The notes under the pieces are model-generated. The model saw nothing but the letters and a program-made list of their open reading frames with translations, had not been told where the DNA came from and did not search any database. A program made the translations under genes and the position numbers. Shown in pieces: positions 1 to 10,017 of a DNA stretch of 43,981 nucleotides (positions within the stretch are counted from its first letter, which is position 1; each line of letters begins with the position of its first letter). Where the stretch lies: positions 1-43,981 of the forward strand of contig CANRDL010000005.1 in the NCBI GenBank assembly GCA_947629405.1. Reading direction: 5' to 3'. This stretch comes from an uncultured Bacilli bacterium. GTDB taxonomy: Bacteria; Bacillota_I; Bacilli_A; RF39; UBA660.

Positions 1-221
<221 letters not shown>

Positions 222-288
222 AAAGATTTATTAATTAAATCTTTAAATTTCAGTTTAATCTAAGCTTTCAAAAATTGACATTTTACTT

Positions 289-303
289 AGTTTTCAAAGA
301 TCA
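289..303 (-). promoter_or_regulatory. rrn antitermination boxA
   Basis: TGATCTTTGAAAACT on the - strand, about 70 nt upstream of the 16S; matches the Bacillota rrn boxA. Confidence 0.75.
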
Positions 304-336
304 TTTGTTGCTTGATTTTTTGTCAAGCGCATTAGT

Positions 337-365
337 AATATATCAAATCCAGAAGTCGATGTCAA
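337..365 (-). promoter_or_regulatory. sigmaA promoter of the rRNA operon
   Basis: TTGACA (365-360), a 17-bp spacer ending TGA, then TATATT (342-337); A-tracts upstream resemble an UP element. Confidence 0.75.
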
Positions 366-504
366 CACTTTTTTTGATTTTTTTTCAAATTTCGACAATT
401 TCTTTATTTTTAACGTAAAATAAAGGTAAAAAATCAATATTTGTTCTAAAATAAATCATCAATTTCTAGATTTCTTTATATTATATTAAACAAAATAAAA
501 AAAA

Positions 505-1074
505 TTACTCTCTTTCTTGATTTTTGTAATTTTCTTTATAAATATTATAATATTTTTCTACAACGCCTTTAGCAAAAGGACCAATATTTTTTTTCTTCAT
601 TTCGATAAGTTCAGTTAACTCTCTTTTTAAAATCATATCGGTTTCTTTTGGATAATGCATTAATTTTTTATGATAATTATATTCATTTCGATCTAAAATT
701 TTAAATCCCCCATCGGGAAATACTCGCAAATCTAAATCATAATCAATGTATTTTATAATACCATCATCAATTAAATAAGGAGTTGCAATATTACAATAAT
801 AAAATAAACCATATTTTTTTAACTGGCCGATTATATTAAACCAATGATTTTTATAAAAAAATAATACTGCCGGTTCATTTGTCATATAACTTCGACCATC
901 TTTTTCAGTTATTCTAGTTTTTCCATTACCACATATTAACATTTCATCATTATCTTCTAAAACTATTGCCTCATCTGATGTATGTTCTAACATTCCATTA
1001 TGTTTATAACAATGAATGGTAAGCCTATCTCCTACTCTTATTTTGTTTTTTTTATTCATTTTTATCTTCCTCAA
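505..1074 (-). CDS. DUF402/YgaC-family protein (Ntdp-like nucleoside phosphatase); likely start ATG 1059
   Basis: Motifs IHCYKHNG, TNEPA, WFNIIG, YYCNIATP, YIDYDLDLRVFPDG and LDRNEY are typical of YgaC/DUF402. Confidence 0.88.
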   Translation of the reverse strand: MRKIKMNKKNKIRVGDRLTIHCYKHNGMLEHTSDEAIVLEDNDEMLICGNGKTRITEKDGRSYMTNEPAVLFFYKNHWFNIIGQLKKYGLFYYCNIATPYLIDDGIIKYIDYDLDLRVFPDGGFKILDRNEYNYHKKLMHYPKETDMILKRELTELIEMKKKNIGPFAKGVVEKYYNIYKENYKNQERE

Positions 1075-1140
1075 TTAAATTATACAATATAAAATTGTTT
1101 ATTACAAATCTTGAATATAAAAAAATTTTAGGGAAATTCA

Positions 1141-1171
1141 AAAACAAGATTTATAATTTAAAATCTTGTTC
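1141..1171 (-). terminator. Intrinsic terminator after the S41 protease gene
   Basis: AACAAGATTT...AAATCTTGTT inverted repeat followed by a U-tract on the - strand. Confidence 0.6.
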
Positions 1172-1173
1172 TT

Positions 1174-2343
1174 TTATTTATAAATATTAATTGCTGTTTC
1201 TAATTGGTTATCATAATCATTATCAGCTGGTATTTCTATATCTGGAGTTAACCCAATTTGATCTATATATTTATTATTAGGAGTATACCATTTTGAAGAT
1301 GTATATTTTATCATCGAACCATTATCTAATGCTTGCGTCTTTTGAACTTTTCCTTTACCATAAGTTTTTTCGCCAATTAACAATGCTCCATAACTATCAT
1401 GAAGAGCACTTGCTAATATTTCAGCAGATGATGCTGTACTTTTATTAACTAAAATACTAATATCATAATTACGATTTTCATCTGTTTCATCAAAATACGT
1501 CTTTTGCTTATTTTTTGTTTCTAAAGTATAAATAACTTTCCCTTCTTTTAAAAATAATTCAGATATTTTTTTAGCACTAGATAAATATCCTCCGGTATTA
1601 TTTCGAAGGTCAATTATTAAACTTTCTATATTTTTATCTTCCAATTCTTTTAATGATTTAGAAAAATCTTTATAAGAACTATCAGAGAATAGTTCAATAT
1701 ATAAATATCCTATCTTTTTATCATTTAATTTTATAACGTCAGTAAAAACATTAGGCATTAAAATATATTTAGAAGCAATATCAACTTTAATATTAGATTG
1801 TTTTCTTTTAATTTCTAAATTAATAGTTTGATTATTAGCAATAATATTGGCAATTTGCCTATTTGATAAATCACTTGCTTTATTATTATTAATATAAGTA
1901 ATAATATCTTTCTTTTTTAAATTTATATTATTACTATTATAAATTTTCGAAATTATAAGATTATTATCATCATCTTTTTTTAAACAAACTTTTAAATCAT
2001 TATATATACCATTTAATTTTTCATTTAATATTTTAGTCTTATTTTGATCTATATAAGAAGTATAAGGATCATTTATTTCATCAAGCATAGAATCAATGGC
2101 ATTATTAATAAGTTGTTCTTTATTAACTTTAGAATAATAATTATCATTTATTGAATAATAAGTTGATATAAATTCTTGAATATTTTTATCATTTTTAATT
2201 TTTTCAAAATTCATATTTGTATCTCTTTGAAGATTATTATATATTATTACACCACTTGTAATAAAACTTATAATTCCAGTTACTATGATAATTATAATTA
2301 CTTCCATAAAACTAAATTTTGCTAAATTTTTTTTATTTTTCAT
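1174..2343 (-). CDS. S41 family carboxy-terminal processing protease (CtpA/CtpB-like), N-terminal membrane anchor, degenerate PDZ
   Basis: DPYTSY, IIDLRNNTGG, catalytic Ser in TASSAEI, catalytic Lys in TYGKG, GLTPDI. Confidence 0.92.
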   Translation of the reverse strand: MKNKKNLAKFSFMEVIIIIIVTGIISFITSGVIIYNNLQRDTNMNFEKIKNDKNIQEFISTYYSINDNYYSKVNKEQLINNAIDSMLDEINDPYTSYIDQNKTKILNEKLNGIYNDLKVCLKKDDDNNLIISKIYNSNNINLKKKDIITYINNNKASDLSNRQIANIIANNQTINLEIKRKQSNIKVDIASKYILMPNVFTDVIKLNDKKIGYLYIELFSDSSYKDFSKSLKELEDKNIESLIIDLRNNTGGYLSSAKKISELFLKEGKVIYTLETKNKQKTYFDETDENRNYDISILVNKSTASSAEILASALHDSYGALLIGEKTYGKGKVQKTQALDNGSMIKYTSSKWYTPNNKYIDQIGLTPDIEIPADNDYDNQLETAINIYK

Positions 2344-2367
2344 ATTAGCCTCACTAAAAAAAAAGAA

Positions 2368-2877
2368 TTATTTAGTTAATTCTTCTTCAATTTCTTCATA
2401 ATTTTCTTTATAACTAACTATTTTTTTATTTTTAAAATGAATTAATGTTGTATCTTTAATTTTAATTTCCCCAATATTTGAAGCATTTGGATTTGAATTA
2501 TTTTTATCAATAAAATTTTTGTTTAAACTATCAGAAATGTTTGCTTTAAATATTTTTGTGTAATTATCACTTGTTTTATAATTAGAGATTAAACTTTCAA
2601 TTTTAGTAGAATCATCATTATCAAAATCATAAACCATAACATAATAATCATCATAATCTAAATCAAAAATATTACCAATTAATGTTAAATCATAATCAAT
2701 TTCCGCTTTAGTTGTAGTTTTATCATCAGATTTTTTTAAATCTTTAGTAACAAATAAACCAGTAAGAATATAAATTAGCCCAACTACTAAAGCGACAATA
2801 ACTAAGGAAATTATAAATTTTTTAACATCATTTGATTCATTTTTAGAAAAATTAACTTTTTTAGCCATTTTTATCAC
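2368..2877 (-). CDS. Membrane-anchored hypothetical protein, possibly a thioredoxin-like fold without CxxC
   Basis: One N-terminal TM helix; the YYVMVYDF...TLIHFKNKKIVSY pattern resembles redox-inactive Trx-fold proteins. Confidence 0.55.
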   Translation of the reverse strand: MIKMAKKVNFSKNESNDVKKFIISLVIVALVVGLIYILTGLFVTKDLKKSDDKTTTKAEIDYDLTLIGNIFDLDYDDYYVMVYDFDNDDSTKIESLISNYKTSDNYTKIFKANISDSLNKNFIDKNNSNPNASNIGEIKIKDTTLIHFKNKKIVSYKENYEEIEEELTK

Positions 2878-2921
2878 CTAAAAAAATTATATCAAAGCTA
2901 ATAAAAAAAAGCAAACAATGT

Positions 2922-4859
2922 TTACTTTTTTCGACCTTGCATAGCTTTTTCATATTTTTTATTTCGATTATTCATAATTTGGGTATAATAACTTTTTGGA
3001 ATAACTGCATATAAATCCCCAGAAGTTATATCAATATTTAATTTTTGAGCAATAATAGATCCCGGAACAATATCTTTAGTAATAAATTTAACAAATATAG
3101 CACTATCATAATTTTTCATTAATTTGTTTTTAAATCTTTTGAAAGCTTCATCTTCAGTTTCTCCAGGCTTAGATACTTCGAAAATATTAAATGATTCCAT
3201 TTTAGGATCTATTTTACTTTCCTTTAGTCCAACAGAATACATTTCCCAAAAATCAATAGTTGGTAAGTTTATTTTATTTTGTTCAAGAATAGCTTCTATT
3301 TCTAATTTGCTTTTTTTAGGCTCAGTTTCTTTTTTAAACTGACTAAAATAATTTTTAAGGTCTGATGCTTTATTTTTAATAATCTCTAATAAATGTTTTG
3401 GAGCATTATAGATTGCTTTTATTTTTTTGCCTTTACCTTTTTTCTTTGTATTTATATTATCTGACAATTCATAATTTGAATTATTATCTTTAGCTTTTAT
3501 TTCTTCATGTTTTAAATTACTTGCTCTATCAATAGTTCTAGGTTTTTCCTTTTTTTCGGGAATAACAATATTAATAGAATCAACATCAATTGGTTTTTCT
3601 TTATTAATTGATTTTAAATCAGATAAATCATCAGCCAAAAATTTATTATTAATAATATCTAAAGACGGAGATTTTGACTTAATATTATTTATTTTAGTTT
3701 CATATTCATCAATTTTATTATTTAAAAATTCAGTATCAGATAATAACTTATCTTTATATCTAATAATTAAAGAAGATTTTTGATACAAATCAAGAAGATT
3801 TGCTTGCTCTAAATTAAAGTTTCTTTCACATTTTATTTTCTTAGAATTTAATTTTTTAATTTCTTTTTTATCAGTTTTGCTATTTATCTTCTCTGTTATT
3901 TCCTTCAGTTGATTTCTATATTGTTCAATCAATTTTTCTTTTCTCGCAATATTTTCCAACGTTTCAGCATAATGTTGATCATAAAAAGCAATATTTTTTT
4001 GGTTATTAGCAATTTCTTTTTTATTATAATCAATAAGTTTTTTATAATCATTTATCGTATTTATATCTTCGGAAATAAATACATTATCAACTTTTACTTC
4101 TTGTATTTTTTCTTTTATAAAAGAAATATATTTTCTAAATTCATTTAATTCATTTTCTTTTTCTTTTAAAGATGCATCACTATTGATAATATCTTTTATT
4201 TTTTCATAATAGTAAGATGGCGTTTGAGAAATCATTGTTAAATTATAGTCAAGTTCTATTAATTCAGATTTTTTAGATGCTAAATTTCTTTCTAAAGAAG
4301 CTAAATCGTCTACATCTTCATATTCAGAAATAGCCTTTTTATAAAGGGCTATATTTTCCAAATTAATTTTTATATTATTTTCAGCATTTTGTATTTCTCT
4401 ATTATAATCTTTTCTTCGTTTTTGACAATTAGCTAAGCCTTTTTCTAATAAATATTTCTGTTCATTTTTATTTTTATTAATACTAAAGCCAGATATTATT
4501 GGTGCCCACTGTAAATCATCTTCCATATAAGAAAGTTGTTTTTTTAAGTTATCTTCATCTTTAACAATATTTTGTAATTCTAATTTAAAGGATTCTATTA
4601 ACTTATTTTGTCTTTCTATTTCATTTTCTAAACTGATAATATTATCTTGATTAATTCCACTTTTTGAATTTTTACCATTTTTCTTTAAATCTTCTATTCT
4701 AAATTCTAATAAATTTATATCTTTTTCTAATTCATTTTTACTTTTTGTATATAATCTATTTAAATAGTCAATATAATCTATTCCATTTAATTCGTTATTT
4801 ATCTCATCAGATATTTCTTTATACATTGAATCTAGTTGAATTATTAATGAACTATCCAT
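2922..4859 (-). CDS. Large coiled-coil hypothetical protein (645 aa)
   Basis: About 400 aa of heptad-rich E/K/L/N sequence, a charged linker and a small globular C-terminus; no Walker motifs. Confidence 0.75.
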   Translation of the reverse strand: MDSSLIIQLDSMYKEISDEINNELNGIDYIDYLNRLYTKSKNELEKDINLLEFRIEDLKKNGKNSKSGINQDNIISLENEIERQNKLIESFKLELQNIVKDEDNLKKQLSYMEDDLQWAPIISGFSINKNKNEQKYLLEKGLANCQKRRKDYNREIQNAENNIKINLENIALYKKAISEYEDVDDLASLERNLASKKSELIELDYNLTMISQTPSYYYEKIKDIINSDASLKEKENELNEFRKYISFIKEKIQEVKVDNVFISEDINTINDYKKLIDYNKKEIANNQKNIAFYDQHYAETLENIARKEKLIEQYRNQLKEITEKINSKTDKKEIKKLNSKKIKCERNFNLEQANLLDLYQKSSLIIRYKDKLLSDTEFLNNKIDEYETKINNIKSKSPSLDIINNKFLADDLSDLKSINKEKPIDVDSINIVIPEKKEKPRTIDRASNLKHEEIKAKDNNSNYELSDNINTKKKGKGKKIKAIYNAPKHLLEIIKNKASDLKNYFSQFKKETEPKKSKLEIEAILEQNKINLPTIDFWEMYSVGLKESKIDPKMESFNIFEVSKPGETEDEAFKRFKNKLMKNYDSAIFVKFITKDIVPGSIIAQKLNIDITSGDLYAVIPKSYYTQIMNNRNKKYEKAMQGRKK

Positions 4860-4887
4860 GTAAAAACCATCTCTCTATTCTATAAAA

Positions 4888-4916
4888 ATAATATCATAAA
4901 GAGAATTTTATTTCAA
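4888..4916 (-). promoter_or_regulatory. Putative sigmaA promoter of the coiled-coil gene
   Basis: TTGAAA (4916-4911), 17 bp, then TATTAT (4893-4888) with a TG extension. Confidence 0.5.
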
Positions 4917-4939
4917 TCAAAATAAAACCATTTATTATA

Positions 4940-5452
4940 TTATTTTTTTAAAATTGGAAAGTCACAACAATTTTTTTCAGCTTCATCCTGGATCTTTAAA
5001 GGATCATTTGATAAAAAGTATTCATGAATTAAAGTATCTTTTATCTTAACATCATGTTCAGTCATATAACATGGTTTTTCCATTTTAGATTTAAAAATAA
5101 TTTCTTCATCAGTATAAGAGTTTATAATGTTTATAATATAGTTTATTATATCTAAAAGTTCTATATTTAAATTTAATTTGGGAATTACAAGACTTTTTTC
5201 TAACAAATCTATATCACTACTAAGATTTTTAAAATCATTTTTACCCATACTATAATGAACATCTTTTATTATTGGACCATATGGACAATTATAAAATTCT
5301 TCAGCAAATAATTTTTGATTAGTAAATTTATAAATATAGCCATATACATAATATAAAATTTTATGCAATTTAATTTTAGAAATTTCCTTATTTTCTAAAT
5401 TATAGCGATATATAATGTAATTAGCTAACTCTTTGGCATTAAACTTTATCAT
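4940..5452 (-). CDS. Panacea (DUF4065/GepA/SocA) domain protein, divergent
   Basis: A.ELANYII...ISKIKLHKILYY...LFAEEFY.CPYGPII matches the Panacea N-terminal signature (KLQKLLYY...LF.E.F.AW.YGPV). Confidence 0.8.
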   Translation of the reverse strand: MIKFNAKELANYIIYRYNLENKEISKIKLHKILYYVYGYIYKFTNQKLFAEEFYNCPYGPIIKDVHYSMGKNDFKNLSSDIDLLEKSLVIPKLNLNIELLDIINYIINIINSYTDEEIIFKSKMEKPCYMTEHDVKIKDTLIHEYFLSNDPLKIQDEAEKNCCDFPILKK

Positions 5453-5506
5453 ATTTTTCCTCGCTTTTTGTCATTAATATAGACTATTTTATTAAATAAA
5501 GCAAGT

Positions 5507-5530
5507 AAAAAAGTGATTATAAATCACTTT
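5507..5530 (-). terminator. Intrinsic terminator after the ydcC-like gene
   Basis: AAAGTGATT-ATA-AATCACTTT inverted repeat with a flanking A/T run. Confidence 0.6.
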
Positions 5531-6629
5531 ATTTTTCAGCAAGTACAGCCGTTGAATTATTAATAGATGCTGCAACACTTAACATTTCTTCGTTACTTAA
5601 ATTACTACTTGTTAAATAATAATCTTTATTATTTGAAGTCCATGTTAAGGAAGAAGAGGACAAAGAGGCAACTGCATCATTTAAAATTTCAGGATCTCCA
5701 TAAACTGGAATAACTTCAAATTCAGAATTTATTGCTGCTGTTTCTTCCACTAATATAAATGGCTTACTTCCGGTAAATGTTAATATTGTTCTAGAACCTT
5801 CATCCGTATTAATTACATCTTTTGATGTTAAATAAGTCTCAGTTGGCAGATATAGTGGATAAGTTATATCATCGGTAGCACTGGTAGTTTTATCAGTTTC
5901 ATTATTATTACAGCAATTATTATCAGTTTCTGAGTTACTAGCATTACAACAATTTTCATCATCTTTATCTTTACTAGAAGAAGGATTTTGATCAGTTGTT
6001 TTGCAACAATTTTCATCAACTATAGAACTTAATTCAAAATAGTCATCATCAGTTGAAGCATTTAAATCCAATTTATTAACTTTTAATTTTATTTTTAAAT
6101 TATCATTTTTATCATATACTTGAACTTCTTTTAAATTCCCTTTTTTATCTACTACAATTTTTTCATATTTCAAACTAGGATTGTTAGGATAATCTACTGT
6201 GGCTTTTATATAAAATAAATTATCTTTTTTCTTAGATTCTACTTTTTGATCATTTTTAATATCATTTTTTAAATTGTGAAGTAAGTAAGATTGTGAAGAA
6301 TTATCTGGCCATTCACTTTGAAATTTAAAACTTTTATTAAGTGAAGGCGTAACAACATAAACACCATCTGAATTTTTAAGTATGACTTGCTCATGTTCGT
6401 TAATTTTATTAACTAAATTTACTCTTATTTTTTTACCATTATCATATCTAACATCAATATTATATTTAAATGTGTCATCATTGTTAATAATTTCCATAGT
6501 TCCTTTTAAATAATAAGTGTTTGTTTTATTAACTTTCTTAATAAATTCGTTACTTATATTTTTTTCTGTTGTTTTACCACAACCACTCAGTAAAAATAAT
6601 GCCAAAAATAGGCAAAAGATTTTTTTCAT
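5529..6629 (-). CDS. ydcC: YdcC/SsdC-like LolA-fold lipoprotein (sporulation-associated in Bacillus)
   Basis: Lipobox LSGC; the block QVILKNSDGVYVVTPSLNKSFKFQSEWPDNSSQSYL closely matches B. subtilis YdcC; C-terminal YPLYLP...KPFILVEE. Confidence 0.85.
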   Translation of the reverse strand: MKKIFCLFLALFLLSGCGKTTEKNISNEFIKKVNKTNTYYLKGTMEIINNDDTFKYNIDVRYDNGKKIRVNLVNKINEHEQVILKNSDGVYVVTPSLNKSFKFQSEWPDNSSQSYLLHNLKNDIKNDQKVESKKKDNLFYIKATVDYPNNPSLKYEKIVVDKKGNLKEVQVYDKNDNLKIKLKVNKLDLNASTDDDYFELSSIVDENCCKTTDQNPSSSKDKDDENCCNASNSETDNNCCNNNETDKTTSATDDITYPLYLPTETYLTSKDVINTDEGSRTILTFTGSKPFILVEETAAINSEFEVIPVYGDPEILNDAVASLSSSSLTWTSNNKDYYLTSSNLSNEEMLSVAASINNSTAVLAEK

Positions 6630-6680
6630 TTACATCCCCTTTTCTAATTTAAATATACTATTAACTTTTCAAAAATATTC

Positions 6681-6941
6681 ATGCATATTTTTGAAAAATA
6701 TAAGCATAATAAGAGTGGAGATGATAAATATATGAATATGTTACAAAAAATATGTTTAATTTTTACTGTAATCGGCGCCTTAAACTGGGGATTAATTGGT
6801 TTATTAGATATTAATTTAGTAACTGCTTTATTTGGCAATGATAGCATGGTAACTAATGCTACTTACCTATTAATTGGCCTTTGCGGATTAGTTAACATAT
6901 GGTTAATATTCACAAACTTTAATAAACATGATGAAAAATAA
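6681..6941 (+). CDS. DUF378 (YuzA-like) small membrane protein; likely start ATG 6732
   Basis: IGALNWGLIG...NLVTALFG...YLLIGLCG signature; GGAGATGA RBS upstream of the ATG at 6732. Confidence 0.88.
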   Translation: MHIFEKYKHNKSGDDKYMNMLQKICLIFTVIGALNWGLIGLLDINLVTALFGNDSMVTNATYLLIGLCGLVNIWLIFTNFNKHDEK

Positions 6942-6946
6942 TAAAT

Positions 6947-6981
6947 AAAAAACCTCATATCAATTTGATATAAGGTTTTTT
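6947..6981. terminator. Bidirectional terminator between the DUF378 gene and trxB
   Basis: AAAAAACCTCATATCAA-T-TTGATATAAGGTTTTTT imperfect inverted repeat between convergent genes. Confidence 0.7.
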
Positions 6982-7891
6982 ATTTTTGAGGATTTTTTAG
7001 CTCATTAAATACATTAGTAGCAGCAACAGCGCCAGCCGAAGCTGCTGTTACAATTTGATAAATTTGTTGTTTAATATTATCGCCAACAGCATAAATTCCT
7101 TCAATAGATGTTTCATAATTATTATCAACAATTAAATAATTATTTTCCATTGCAATATCTAAATTATCTAAAAATGCTAAAGAAGGTAGAAAACCAATAT
7201 AAACAAATAATGCCAAACATTTAATAGTATTACCATTAGTTAGTTGAACACTTTCTAATTTATCTTTGCCATCAAGCCTTTCTATAGAAGAATTATATAA
7301 TATTTCAATATTTTTAATTTCCTTTACTCTATTTAATAATTCTTTTTTAGCTCGTGCTTTATTCTTTCTAATTAAAATAGTTACTTTTGAACAGATATTA
7401 GCTAAATATAAAGATTCTTGGAAAGCACTATCTCCGCCACCAACAACACAAACTTCTTGGTCTTTATATAAATTTCCATCACAAATGGCGCAATAACTAA
7501 TTCCTTTATGTAAAAATTTATCGGCATTTAAAACATTTAATTTATTAGTAGCTCTGCCAGTTGCTAAAATTATATATTTAGTAAAATAAGTGTCTTTATT
7601 TGTAATAACTTTTTTAAAATTATCTTCCAGTTTAATATCTAAAACTTCTTCTTTTTGAATTTTAATATTTAAATTTTTTAATTGTTCAAACATATTAAAT
7701 GCCAAATCTGGCCCACTTATATTTTTAATTCCGGGATAGTTTTCAATAGAATTTATATTATTTAATAATCCGCCAACCATATTTTTTTCAATTATTAAGA
7801 TATTTAGACCACTACGCTTAGCATAAATAGCAGCAGCTACCCCAGCTGGACCAGCACCTATAATTATTAAATCATATTTCATTTTAATCAC
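6980..7891 (-). CDS. trxB: Thioredoxin-disulfide reductase
   Basis: IIGAGPAG FAD motif, IENYPG, active site SYCAICDG, VVGGGDSA NADPH motif, GIYAVGD, QIVTA. Confidence 0.93.
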   Translation of the reverse strand: MIKMKYDLIIIGAGPAGVAAAIYAKRSGLNILIIEKNMVGGLLNNINSIENYPGIKNISGPDLAFNMFEQLKNLNIKIQKEEVLDIKLEDNFKKVITNKDTYFTKYIILATGRATNKLNVLNADKFLHKGISYCAICDGNLYKDQEVCVVGGGDSAFQESLYLANICSKVTILIRKNKARAKKELLNRVKEIKNIEILYNSSIERLDGKDKLESVQLTNGNTIKCLALFVYIGFLPSLAFLDNLDIAMENNYLIVDNNYETSIEGIYAVGDNIKQQIYQIVTAASAGAVAATNVFNELKNPQK

Positions 7892-7893
7892 CT

Positions 7894-8706
7894 TTAAAAT
7901 TCTATCTCATCATCACTAATATTATTATATAGATTTTCAAATTTACTTTTCCTATGTAGAGCAAAAAATAAAATTAATCCACCTACAAACATAATAACTG
8001 ATATAATTTGGGCAGCTTTAAAACCACCTAACATTAGCGAATCAGTTCTAGATGCTTCAATAAAGAAACGACCAATACCATACCACACTAAATATAAGGC
8101 GGTAATTTGTCCTATTTTAATATATTTATATCTTCTGACAAATAGTAAGACTATAAATCCAATTAAACACCATAATGACTCGTATAAAAATGTCGGTTGA
8201 TAATATACACCACCAATGTTCATTCCATTTATAATAAATCTAGGAATATGCAAAGATTGAAGGGCATTTAAAGATGTAGCCGCTCCATGAGCTTCACTAT
8301 TAAAAAAATTACCCCATCTGCCTATTGCTTGACCTAAAAGTAAGGGAACTACCACTATATCTAAAAGTTTTAAAACATTTACTTTGTATTTTTTTGAATA
8401 AACTAAAATTGTAATTGTACCAGCAATTAATCCCCCGTGAATAGCAAGTCCTCCTTGCCAAATTTTAATAATTTCGTCTAAATGAGAAGCATAATATGAC
8501 CAATTGAAAATAACATAATAAATTCTTGCTCCTAAAAAACTCATAATAACAGTCCAAAATATTAAATTAAAAATAAAGTCTTTACTAAATTTAAATCTTT
8601 TTGCTTCTCTACTAATAACAAAACTGACAATTAAAAAAGCCAAAATTATTAATATTGTATACCATCTAATTTCCAAAGGACCTAAAGATATTGCAACCGG
8701 ATTCAT
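7894..8706 (-). CDS. lgt: Prolipoprotein diacylglyceryl transferase
   Basis: IRWY, GARIYYV, GGLAIHGGL, GQAIGRWGNFFNSEAHG, PTFLYES, RFFIE.SRTD. Confidence 0.97.
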   Translation of the reverse strand: MNPVAISLGPLEIRWYTILIILAFLIVSFVISREAKRFKFSKDFIFNLIFWTVIMSFLGARIYYVIFNWSYYASHLDEIIKIWQGGLAIHGGLIAGTITILVYSKKYKVNVLKLLDIVVVPLLLGQAIGRWGNFFNSEAHGAATSLNALQSLHIPRFIINGMNIGGVYYQPTFLYESLWCLIGFIVLLFVRRYKYIKIGQITALYLVWYGIGRFFIEASRTDSLMLGGFKAAQIISVIMFVGGLILFFALHRKSKFENLYNNISDDEIEF

Positions 8707-8774
8707 AGTTTATACCTTCTTTCTAATATTTATTATTATATCTAATTTTTAAAAAATAAGCAAAAAAAAACTTC

Positions 8775-9404
8775 TTAAGAAGCTTTTTCTGTTACTGTAA
8801 CAACACATGTTGCTACTTTGTTTTCTAAATTATAAGCAGTTATAACTGTTACACCAGTACTTTTAGCTGTTACTACACCACCATTTACAGTAGCAACAGA
8901 TTCATTTGATGAGTCCCATCTAATATCTTTTTCTGTTGCATTAGATGGTACAACTGTAGCAGCTAAAGTTTGAGATGTACCAACTTCAAGTGATAAAGTT
9001 GTTTTATTTAAAGTTATAGATTGTGTTTTTACACTAGCAGCTTTTACTGTAATATTACATTCAACATATTTTCCAGCAGTATCAATAACTTTTACAGTAG
9101 TAGAACCAACTTTTACACCAGTAACACGACCACTAGTATTAACTGTTGCAATTGAAGTATCAGCAACTTCGTATTTTAACGAAGAACTATTTAGAGCAGT
9201 TGCTTTAATATCAACATAATCTCCTACTTCAACAGTTAATGCTGATGAATCTAAAGATATATCAGCAACACCAGCTTTAAATAATGTTCCACCTAAAGAA
9301 CCATTAGGTCCAAAAATATAATATGCTCCACCAATTAACAATAATGCTACAACAACTAATATTATAGTTGTACTAATTTTTTTCTTTTTTTCTATTTCTT
9401 TCAT
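8775..9404 (-). CDS. Membrane-anchored protein with two bacterial Ig-like (Big_2) domains
   Basis: N-terminal TM; two repeats of the type ITLNKTTLSLEVG...W.SSN.SVATV..G.VTAK..G.TVITA. Confidence 0.85.
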   Translation of the reverse strand: MKEIEKKKKISTTIILVVVALLLIGGAYYIFGPNGSLGGTLFKAGVADISLDSSALTVEVGDYVDIKATALNSSSLKYEVADTSIATVNTSGRVTGVKVGSTTVKVIDTAGKYVECNITVKAASVKTQSITLNKTTLSLEVGTSQTLAATVVPSNATEKDIRWDSSNESVATVNGGVVTAKSTGVTVITAYNLENKVATCVVTVTEKAS

Positions 9405-9417
9405 AATTACTCTCCCC

Positions 9418-10017
9418 CTAAATTTTTAATTTTTTCTTATTTAATACTATCAAGCCAATAATACCTAAAGCAACTATTAATAAACCGATATAAGCAATAT
9501 TTTCGTTTGCAGTATGAGGATTACTTTGTTGAGCAGAAGTTTGATCAGATTCAGCTGTTTCTAAAGGTTCATTTTCAAATGTAGCAGTTATATCAGCTAA
9601 GTTACAATCATCTTCAGTATTAAATGTCATACTCTGACTACTTAAAGTAACATTTGAAGGATCATTAATACTATCAATAGTTAATTTAAGTATATTAGTT
9701 GTATCTGTAGGTGCAGGTGATATCAATGTCAAAAAATTTCCATTTGATGATTCAAATGATGAACCGCTACTTACACCACTTATAGTATCCACTGATTTTA
9801 ATGTTGCATTACTTAATGTACCAGAATACGCACTAATATCTTTATACGTTCCTGGACTTATGGACAATGCACATTCCGCTGTTGTTCCACCAGTATAACT
9901 ACAACTTAATGATGTACTAGCATCTGTACATGTGCCTTTATCTTCTGCAAATACTGTAAATGGAACTAATAATAATGATAAAATGAATAAATAATATATT
10001 ATTTTATTTTTTTTCAT
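9418..10017 (-). CDS. Secreted beta-sandwich (cohesin-like) protein with an NPHTA sortase-type anchor
   Basis: Signal peptide (VFA-E), S/T-rich beta domain with a Cys pair, then NPHTA + hydrophobic helix + KKK tail. The cohesin assignment is weak. Confidence 0.55.
   Translation of the reverse strand: MKKNKIIYYLFILSLLLVPFTVFAEDKGTCTDASTSLSCSYTGGTTAECALSISPGTYKDISAYSGTLSNATLKSVDTISGVSSGSSFESSNGNFLTLISPAPTDTTNILKLTIDSINDPSNVTLSSQSMTFNTEDDCNLADITATFENEPLETAESDQTSAQQSNPHTANENIAYIGLLIVALGIIGLIVLNKKKLKI

Noticed and set aside
2922-4859. SMC/SbcC-like ATPase
   Set aside because: Coiled coil only; no Walker A/B or signature motif.
6644-6847. 67-aa - strand ORF
   Set aside because: It is antisense to the well-supported DUF378 gene and overlaps its promoter region.
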